Source: Nanobdellota archaeon (GTDB taxonomy: Archaea; Nanobdellota; Nanobdellia; Pacearchaeales; GW2011-AR1). Taken from it: DNA of 32,000 nucleotides. Position 1 is the stretch's first letter, and each line of letters starts with the position of its first letter. The notes under the pieces were generated by a model. That model worked only from the letters and a program-made list of their open reading frames with translations, was not told where the DNA came from and did no database searches. The stretch is taken from positions 1 to 32,000 of the forward strand of contig JAUWPB010000009.1 of NCBI GenBank assembly GCA_030611805.1. Reading direction: 5' to 3'. This document shows positions 9,233-15,205 of this stretch, in pieces. A program made the translations under genes and the position numbers.

Positions 9233-9516
9233 TTAATAGTAAGTATACATTAGATTATATAAAACCTTTGGGCTTATTTTTAACCCAAAACCGAAAGATT
9301 TATTAATTACTTAAGCATTTATCCTAAATATGAAAAATAATAAAACACAAACCTCAAGAGAAGAAGGCTGGATAGTTCAACTTCCAGAACAAAGAAAAAA
9401 AATCAAACTTGACAAAAAAGACAAACTAATTCTTCAGGCTTTAACAGAAAATGCAAGAACTACTCTAAAGACTCTTTCAAAAATGACGCTTCTCTCAAAA
9501 AATAGTATTCAATCTT
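9230..9516. repeat. Copy A of a ~287-bp direct repeat (divergent promoter region plus the first ~62 codons of an Lrp/AsnC gene)
   Basis: It aligns by eye with 10410..10696 at a constant offset of 1,180 bp. Examples: acattagattatataaaacctt at 9247 and 10427; ggctggatagttca, aatcaaacttga and ctaaagactctttcaaaaatgac are shared. Confidence 0.85.
9255..9264 (-). promoter_or_regulatory. TATA box for the peptide/radical SAM/GNAT operon (leaderless spacing)
   Basis: The minus strand reads TTTTATATAA, centred ~27 nt upstream of the ATG at 9232. The element is also part of the duplicated module. Confidence 0.45.
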
Positions 9517-9533
9517 GTAAAATCTTTTTTTGA
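9330..9533 (+). pseudogene. Truncated Lrp/AsnC-family regulator paralog (HTH part only, 67 codons)
   Basis: MKNNKTQTSREEGWIVQLPEQRKKIKLDKKDKLILQALTENARTTLKTLSKMTLLSKNSIQ is nearly identical to the N-terminus of the 358-aa protein at 10510. It then diverges (SCKIFF) and stops. It could still be a stand-alone HTH protein. Confidence 0.5.
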
Positions 9534-9713
9534 AAATCTTGAATGTTTCATAAAATCTGTAGAATAGATTTCATTCTTAAGAACATCCATCATTTGATCA
9601 CATTCTCTTTTCATATTTTAATAAGAAAAAGAGGGTTGATTGATTTTTCGGTTTTCAAAAATCCTTAACTTAATGACATTGCATGCTCAATATCAAGTTT
9701 TGTTCTTATTTTC

Positions 9714-10385
9714 TTATTTTCTCGGAGCAACCAAATCTACAAGATACTCTGCCGTATTTCCATCATTGATATAAGGATTAAAACGATAAGAAGCATTTTC
9801 CCACCCAGAAGATTTAAATTTTTTAACAAAGTTCTTTTCTATAAAAATATTTGTGATATTGGAACGATAAGAATGACCACAATCTCTTTTAGGATTAACC
9901 TTTACATTCATCTCAGAAACCAATATCTTAACTTCTAAATCTTTCAAATCTTCTCGAAGTTCTTCTATTTGTCTTTCATAATAACTTTTATCAAAAGCGA
10001 GAAAACCCTTTTCATTGGTTTTATATTTATTCCTAATATAATCCTTTATCTTCATTATAGTTTTTTGTTTTGTCGCTTTTGTTTCTTTTATTGAATAGTT
10101 TTCCCACAGAAGAGATGGTTGATGCAACATAAAAGATTTTCTTACAAAAGAGGGATCATCATATCTAATTTTTAATTTTAAAAGTTGAGAATCTTCTATG
10201 TAATCTGTTCGAGATAAACTTAAATCAACATCTCTTTCTAAACTAGTTAAAATTTTTTCTGCCGATGTATAAACATAATCTTTTGAATGAGATTCAACTT
10301 CATGCTTTATTGAACTTAACTCTTTAATAATTTTATCTTCTAGTTGTTGTTTTTTCTTAATAAATAAATTGGGTGATATTGCCAT
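9714..10385 (-). CDS. Hypothetical protein (223 aa)
   Basis: A long open frame with no recognisable motif. It sits behind copy B of the duplicated divergent promoter. Confidence 0.6.
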   Translation of the reverse strand: MAISPNLFIKKKQQLEDKIIKELSSIKHEVESHSKDYVYTSAEKILTSLERDVDLSLSRTDYIEDSQLLKLKIRYDDPSFVRKSFMLHQPSLLWENYSIKETKATKQKTIMKIKDYIRNKYKTNEKGFLAFDKSYYERQIEELREDLKDLEVKILVSEMNVKVNPKRDCGHSYRSNITNIFIEKNFVKKFKSSGWENASYRFNPYINDGNTAEYLVDLVAPRK

Positions 10386-10409
10386 TTTCTTATTTTCTAT
10401 ATTTGTATT

Positions 10410-10696
10410 TACTTAATAATAACTACACATTAGATTATATAAAACCTTTTAATCAATTTTTAACCTAAACCCGAAAGGTTTATTAATTAATTAAGTGTTT
10501 ATTCTGGATATGAAAGAAGATAAAAAACAAAACCTAAAACAAGAGGGCTGGATAGTTCAGCTCCCAAAACAAAAAAAAGAAATCAAACTTGATAAAAAAG
10601 ACAAAATTATCATTCAGGCTTTGACGGAAAATGCGAGAACTACCCTAAAGACTCTTTCAAAAATGACTCTCCTCTCAAAAAACAGCGTCCAAAACA
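10410..10696. repeat. Copy B of the ~287-bp direct repeat
   Basis: See copy A. Here the repeat continues into a full-length regulator gene. Confidence 0.85.
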
Positions 10697-11586
10697 GAAT
10701 AAAAAATTATGAAAAATCTGGATTAACACACAACTCTTCAACTTTTATTGACATTCAAAAATTAGGTTTTGAAATGTACCAAATTGGAATTAAAACAAAA
10801 ATGACTTTAGCCCAAAAAGAAAAATTTATTGAACACTTGAAAAAAATAAAGTTCTTAAATCAAATAATTGTGTTCTCTTCTTCGCACTGGGATTTTTTCA
10901 TAAGATTATATGCCAAAAATTCAGAGCAATTTGATAAAATAGTCACCCAAATAGATTCATTCAAAAACATAATTCATTTTGACATCCTCCCTTGTGAAGA
11001 ATGGAATTATCATCCAGTTAAACATTTTAATGAAAGATTAGACTTAAATAAATATATAAAAAAAGAGGACACATCATTTCAAAAAACATTCGGCACAAGA
11101 AAAAAGAATCATAAAAAGATTTCATTTGACAAAAAAGATTTGGAAATTCTAAAATTCCTAAGCCATAATGCGAGAGCACCTTTAGTGGAAATCGCTTCAA
11201 AGCTTAAACTTTCTCCAGACACCATTAAATACAGAATGAAAAATTTAATAGAGCAAGGCATAATAGAAAGTTTTTTCATAAACCTAAACCCTTACTTATT
11301 TGGTTACTCTGCTTATTTCTTTTTCTTCCAAATTTTCAATAGAGAGAAAATAAAAGAAATAATGAACTATCTGGCAAGTCATTCAAAATGCACAGGAGTT
11401 ATAAAAACTAAATCCACCTGGAATTTACTCGGAACAATTTTGCTTAAAGATGTCCATGAACTTAAAAACTTTGAAGAAGAGTTTTTCGCAAAATTTGAAA
11501 ACTATATCCACAACTACGAATTTATTCAAATATTAGAGCAACCACATTATAAAATGTTTATGAGGGAAATAATTAATTTTAAATAA
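10510..11586 (+). CDS. Tandem (two-module) Lrp/AsnC-family transcriptional regulator
   Basis: There are two HTH_AsnC-like segments: LDKKDKIIIQALTENARTTLKTLSKMTLLSKNSVQNRIKNYEKSGL and FDKKDLEILKFLSHNARAPLVEIASKLKLSPDTIKYRMKNLIEQGII. Each is followed by a ~100-aa RAM-like region. I chose the ATG at 10510 by alignment with the paralog; the track start at 10495 is a GTG. Confidence 0.8.
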   Translation: MKEDKKQNLKQEGWIVQLPKQKKEIKLDKKDKIIIQALTENARTTLKTLSKMTLLSKNSVQNRIKNYEKSGLTHNSSTFIDIQKLGFEMYQIGIKTKMTLAQKEKFIEHLKKIKFLNQIIVFSSSHWDFFIRLYAKNSEQFDKIVTQIDSFKNIIHFDILPCEEWNYHPVKHFNERLDLNKYIKKEDTSFQKTFGTRKKNHKKISFDKKDLEILKFLSHNARAPLVEIASKLKLSPDTIKYRMKNLIEQGIIESFFINLNPYLFGYSAYFFFFQIFNREKIKEIMNYLASHSKCTGVIKTKSTWNLLGTILLKDVHELKNFEEEFFAKFENYIHNYEFIQILEQPHYKMFMREIINFK

Positions 11587-11606
11587 CCTTCTTTACTAAA
11601 TAAAAC

Positions 11607-12125
11607 ATGCAAAAGATTAAAGCACACATTATTGGAGAAATTATTTTTAGCAATACTTCTGAGGCTCATGCACTTTATAAAAAAAGTCGCTTCGGGGAAA
11701 AAGTCGGGGAAAAAATCCAGTACTCTCTTTCAGAAACTCTGTTTTTAGTTGAAAAAGGAAAAATGGATGTCCTCTCGAGAAATAAAAAAATTCCTAAAAA
11801 AGAATTAATGAACAAGTTCAAAAGAATAGACAAAAAAATCCAGATTAAATATCCTGTGTTTAAAGATTTAAGAGAAAAAGGTTACATTGTTAAGACAGCC
11901 TTAAAATTCGGGGCAGAATTCAGGGTTTACGACAAGGGTTCAAAACCAGGGAAAAAACATGCGAAATGGATTGTGTTCACAGACCATGAATCTAAAAAAA
12001 TAACATGGCATGAGTTCTCTGCAAAAAACAGGGTCGCACACTCAACAAAAAAACACCTGCTTTTAGCAATCCTTGACGAAGAGGGCGATATAAGTTATTA
12101 TGAAGTTAAGTGGGTGAAACCTTAA
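11607..12125 (+). CDS. endA: tRNA-splicing endonuclease (short, homotetramer-type)
   Basis: 172 aa. SLSETLFLVEKGKMDV, GYIVKTALKFGAEFRVYDKG and HAKWIV match the EndA N-terminal and catalytic C-terminal domains. Confidence 0.9.
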   Translation: MQKIKAHIIGEIIFSNTSEAHALYKKSRFGEKVGEKIQYSLSETLFLVEKGKMDVLSRNKKIPKKELMNKFKRIDKKIQIKYPVFKDLREKGYIVKTALKFGAEFRVYDKGSKPGKKHAKWIVFTDHESKKITWHEFSAKNRVAHSTKKHLLLAILDEEGDISYYEVKWVKP

Positions 12126-12176
12126 GTATTCAGATAATATCAAAAACCTTATAATCCCATTCTATTTATTTGTGTT

Positions 12177-13070
12177 ATGGTTCAGAACACATCAAACATA
12201 AAAGAAAAAATACTCTCCATTTTAAAAAGCAGGGGACCAAGTCTGCCGGTTCATATTGCAGGGGGAACAGGGTTGAGCATGCTTTTTGCGTCGGCTTTTC
12301 TTTCTGAACTTTTTTCTGAAAAAAAAATAAAAATAAGCAATATGAAAGTGGGCAATTCCCCAATATATTTTCTTCCTGAACAGGAATTCATGCTACAAAA
12401 TTTCTCGCAATTTCTTAAAAGCAAGGAAAAAGACGCATTCATACTTTTAAAGCAAAAAAAAGTTCTAAAAGATTGGGAACAAGAACCTGCAATAAGAGTT
12501 GCTTTAAGAGCAATAAAAGATTTTGCAATACCTTTTAAAAAAAATGAAGAAATTTTTTGGAGATACTTTACAGAAGAAGAAAAAGAAAAACCAAAACAAG
12601 ATATAGAAAAAGAACCCCAAATTGAAATTCAAACTCCTTCAGAAGAACCAGAAAAACTTTCTGAAAAACCACAACCCAAAGACCTTAATATTTTTGATGA
12701 AAAACCTGCACCCAAAGATAAGGGCAAAGAAAAAAAGAAAACAAAAAGAAAAAAAACTTCTCAAAAAAAGAATGAAAAATTCTTCAATAAAGTAAAGGAA
12801 CATTTATCACAAAAATCCATTGAAATTTTGGATATAGAAAGTTTCAGTAAAAATGATTTGGTTTTAAAAATTAAAAAAGATAACAAAGAAAAATTGTTGA
12901 TGGCTTACAACAAAAAAAGAATCACTGAACTTGATTTAATCAAAGCTTACAAAAAAGCTTCAGAAACAGGTCTTCCCTATGTAATTCTGAGTCTTGGAGA
13001 ACCAGCAAAAAAGCTAACAAATTTTATTAAAGCAATAAGAAATTTGGAAGAGATAAATAAGATAGAATAA
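12177..13070 (+). CDS. Hypothetical protein with a winged-helix-like N-terminal region, a Lys/Glu/Pro-rich linker and a conserved-looking C-terminal domain
   Basis: 297-aa ORF. The N-terminus IKEKILSILKSRGPSLPVHIAGGTGLS looks like a wHTH. The central region (about 12570-12790) is a low-complexity KE-rich stretch. Family not recognised. Confidence 0.6.
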   Translation: MVQNTSNIKEKILSILKSRGPSLPVHIAGGTGLSMLFASAFLSELFSEKKIKISNMKVGNSPIYFLPEQEFMLQNFSQFLKSKEKDAFILLKQKKVLKDWEQEPAIRVALRAIKDFAIPFKKNEEIFWRYFTEEEKEKPKQDIEKEPQIEIQTPSEEPEKLSEKPQPKDLNIFDEKPAPKDKGKEKKKTKRKKTSQKKNEKFFNKVKEHLSQKSIEILDIESFSKNDLVLKIKKDNKEKLLMAYNKKRITELDLIKAYKKASETGLPYVILSLGEPAKKLTNFIKAIRNLEEINKIE

Positions 13071-13110
13071 ATTCCGACATCTTTAAAAACCTTCAATCAA
13101 ACAATAAATT

Positions 13111-13317
13111 ATGGGAAAAATAAAATCAAAATTAGTGAGAAGGTCTGCACATATTTTTATGCAAAAAGGTGTTGAGTTTACTGAAAGTTTTGAAAAAAAC
13201 AAAAAAGTACTTGGAAATACAATGCCCAGTAAAAAGTTGAGAAACCAAATCGCAGGATTTTTATCAAGATTCAAAAAACAAGAAAGACAGAGTCAGCCAC
13301 AAATGCCAGAAAATTAA
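13111..13317 (+). CDS. rps17e: 30S ribosomal protein S17e
   Basis: MGKIKSKLVRRSAHIFMQKGVEFTESFEKNKKVL... has the typical S17e N-terminus and size. Confidence 0.9.
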   Translation: MGKIKSKLVRRSAHIFMQKGVEFTESFEKNKKVLGNTMPSKKLRNQIAGFLSRFKKQERQSQPQMPEN

Positions 13318-13533
13318 TTATTTCTTTCTTAGGATTTTCTTTATTTCTCCAACATCTTTAGCAAGCCGTTCAAGTTGCTTTTTCTTATTTCTGTTCATTA
13401 TGGTATTAATTATATTAAAAACTAAATAAATAATAATCAATCCTCCTATTGCCTGTAAAAAAGTTGCTAAAGAAGAAATTTGATTAATCAGCTCATTAAT
13501 TGCTTCTGCATTGACTAAATCCACTATTGCCAT
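13318..13533 (-). CDS. Small hypothetical membrane protein (71 aa)
   Basis: It has one TM helix (FLQAIGGLIIIYLVFNIINTI) and a basic C-terminal helix. Its stop directly abuts the convergent rps17e stop. Confidence 0.4.
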   Translation of the reverse strand: MAIVDLVNAEAINELINQISSLATFLQAIGGLIIIYLVFNIINTIMNRNKKKQLERLAKDVGEIKKILRKK

Positions 13534-13614
13534 GAAAATAATAAGAAAAACAGGTTTTTAAGATTTATCTCTAAGTTTTCATTATTAGCAATAAAAGTTC
13601 AATACAGCAAAAAC

Positions 13615-13622
13615 TTTTAAAT
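13615..13622 (+). promoter_or_regulatory. TATA box for tRNA-Met
   Basis: TTTTAAAT centred ~25 nt upstream of the tRNA 5' end. Confidence 0.5.
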
Positions 13623-13642
13623 TAAGTTTTTCTTCTATTTTC

Positions 13643-13714
13643 GGCTGCATAGTTCAGTGGTAGAACGCCAGTCTCATGAGCTGGAGGTCCTGAGTTCAAC
13701 TCTCAGTGCAGCCA
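13643..13714 (+). tRNA. tRNA-Met (CAT), elongator type (or the Ile2 precursor with CAU); no encoded CCA
   Basis: Hand fold: acceptor GGCTGCA/TGCAGCC, D arm GTTC..GAAC, anticodon arm CCAGT-CTCATGA-GCTGG, T arm CTGAG-TTCAACT-CTCAG, discriminator A. Confidence 0.9.
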
Positions 13715-13863
13715 TTCCCAACCTAATCTATAAAGGCAGAGGCGAGCGATTTTCGAGGCTCAATGAAATTGAGTCATCCCGTGGGATGGTAGGGACAAAA
13801 TTAAAAATCATAAATAGCCCGTGCGAGATCGCGAGTTAGAGAGTTAAATTCTCTTCAGAGCCA
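13715..13863 (+). ncRNA. GC-enriched spacer with hairpins and a degenerate tRNA 3'-end-like element; candidate structured RNA or processing signal
   Basis: Hairpins are GGCTCAAT-gaa-ATTGAGTC (~13757-13775) and CATCC-cgtg-GGATG (~13775-13788). The motif CCCGTG is repeated. The terminal AGAGA-GTTAAAT-TCTCT + TCAGAGCCA (13839-13863) mimics a T arm plus acceptor 3' strand. No class assigned. Confidence 0.3.
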
Positions 13864-13872
13864 CAATTCAAA

Positions 13873-14304
13873 ATGCAGAATCTAAAAACGATACTCACAA
13901 CAAATTCTAAAAAAATAGAAGATGCTTTTTTAATAAGAAATAAAGTTTTTACTCAGGAGCAAGGCATATCTTCTGATTTGGATAAAGACGGGAAAGATAA
14001 TAAAGCAGAGCACATCATAACATATTTAAAAAATAAGCCAGTGGGCACACTAAGAATAAGACGTATCCAAAACAAAATTAAATTGAAAAGAATGGCGGTT
14101 CTCCAAAAACAGAGGGGAAAAAGAATCGGAACAAAGATGATTAATTTTTTAATCAATTATTTTGAAAATAAAAACATTAAAGAAATATATCTTCATACTC
14201 AAATGCGAACAAAATCTTTTTATAAAAAAAATGGATTCAAAACAAGGGGAAAATCCTTTGAAAAAGTAGGAATAAAACATATAGAAATGTATAGGTTATT
14301 TTAA
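13873..14304 (+). CDS. GNAT family N-acetyltransferase
   Basis: 143 aa with motif A (QKQRGKRIGTKMINFLINYF). Confidence 0.8.
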   Translation: MQNLKTILTTNSKKIEDAFLIRNKVFTQEQGISSDLDKDGKDNKAEHIITYLKNKPVGTLRIRRIQNKIKLKRMAVLQKQRGKRIGTKMINFLINYFENKNIKEIYLHTQMRTKSFYKKNGFKTRGKSFEKVGIKHIEMYRLF

Positions 14305-14313
14305 TATTAAAAA

Positions 14314-14664
14314 TCACACACCAATCTTAAAACCATCCCCTTCTTTCCGAGGGATAATATGAAAATGAACATGCTTCACAATCTGCCCTGCTAATTCAAA
14401 ATTATTGCTTACAACATTAAACCCACTGGCTTTTTTCTCTTCTATCAACTTTAAAGCAGTTTTCTTAATGCAATCTAAAAGTTCATGTCCTAAACTACTT
14501 GGCATGTCCAAAACAGTCTCAAAATGTTTTTTAGAAATAACCAAACTATGCCCTCCCACAACTGGATTAGCATCTAAAATAGAAAAAAAATTATCATTTT
14601 CATAAATTCTTTTAGCAGGAATTTCTCCATTCGCTATTTTACAAAATAGACAATCATTACCCAT
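14314..14664 (-). CDS. HIT (histidine triad) family nucleotide hydrolase/transferase
   Basis: CLFCKIANGEIP and the histidine triad HVHFHIIPR. Confidence 0.9.
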   Translation of the reverse strand: MGNDCLFCKIANGEIPAKRIYENDNFFSILDANPVVGGHSLVISKKHFETVLDMPSSLGHELLDCIKKTALKLIEEKKASGFNVVSNNFELAGQIVKHVHFHIIPRKEGDGFKIGV

Positions 14665-14830
14665 AAGCAGGATAAAAAAAGATAATTTAAAATACTTTCT
14701 ATAGGAAATTTTGCTATCTTTATTTTTGCAAAATTTACCAAGGAGAACCCTTAAAGTTCACTTTAAGGATCCCAACTCAAATATTTTAATCTTTCAAATT
14801 GAATAAATAAAAAATAAAAATAAATTAAAC

Positions 14831-15034
14831 TTATCTTCTTCTTTTCTTTTTAACAACTCTTTTCTTCTTAACAGCTTTCTTCTTTTTGACAACCTTTCTC
14901 TTAACTTTTCTCTTTGCTGGTTTCTTCTTTGCTTTAGCACCTGCTTTTTTCTTTTGTTGTTCAAGTTTTGACACTTGTTTCTTAAGTTGTTTTATCTTCA
15001 AAGCAATCTGTTTTGGTGTTTTTGCTTTTGCCAT
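14831..15034 (-). CDS. Small, extremely basic Lys-rich protein (67 aa)
   Basis: MAKAKTPKQIALKIKQLKKQVSKLEQQKKK...KKKRRR; 35 of 67 residues are Lys/Arg by hand count. The ATG at 15032-15034 is preceded by GAGGTG (SD-like) 6 nt upstream. The track start at 15043 is a GTG. Confidence 0.5.
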   Translation of the reverse strand: MAKAKTPKQIALKIKQLKKQVSKLEQQKKKAGAKAKKKPAKRKVKRKVVKKKKAVKKKRVVKKKRRR

Positions 15035-15205
15035 ATTTTCCACCTCTTTTATTTAATTAATTATATTAAGAATAACTAATTTAAAAAACTTTGCCCTTTT
15101 CTTTTTAAATTTTTTACACAATGAGAATTAAAATAATATTAAAAATTCCTTCTGTTTAAAAACTCTGCAGTAATTTTTATTTCCCGACGACAAAAAAATA
15201 AAACA

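Noticed and set aside
9534-9713. A ~39-codon minus-strand ORF (MKRECDQMMDVLKNEIYSTDFMKH...) in the gap after the truncated regulator.
   Set aside because: It is too short, has no motif, and partly overlaps the truncated Lrp fragment in antisense. I cannot support it from sequence alone.
12570-12792. An A-rich low-complexity DNA stretch that looks repeat-like.
   Set aside because: It is in frame within the 297-aa ORF and encodes a Lys/Glu/Pro-rich linker. No defined repeat unit is present.
13643-13714. The possibility that the CAT-anticodon tRNA is the initiator tRNA.
   Set aside because: It has a G1:C72 pair rather than the archaeal initiator A1:U72, and it lacks the three consecutive G:C pairs at the base of the anticodon stem. 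Elongator Met or the Ile2 (agmatidine) precursor is more likely.
13657-13839. A 60-aa plus-strand ORF.
   Set aside because: It starts inside tRNA-Met and spans the GC-rich spacer. There is no coding signal.
14749-14768. A perfect 8-bp inverted repeat CCTTAAAG-ttca-CTTTAAGG between the basic-protein gene and the HIT gene.
   Set aside because: It is a single short palindrome in AT-rich intergenic DNA with no adjacent oligo-T tract on the transcribed strand. It could be a terminator hairpin or a protein-binding site, but I cannot tell which.
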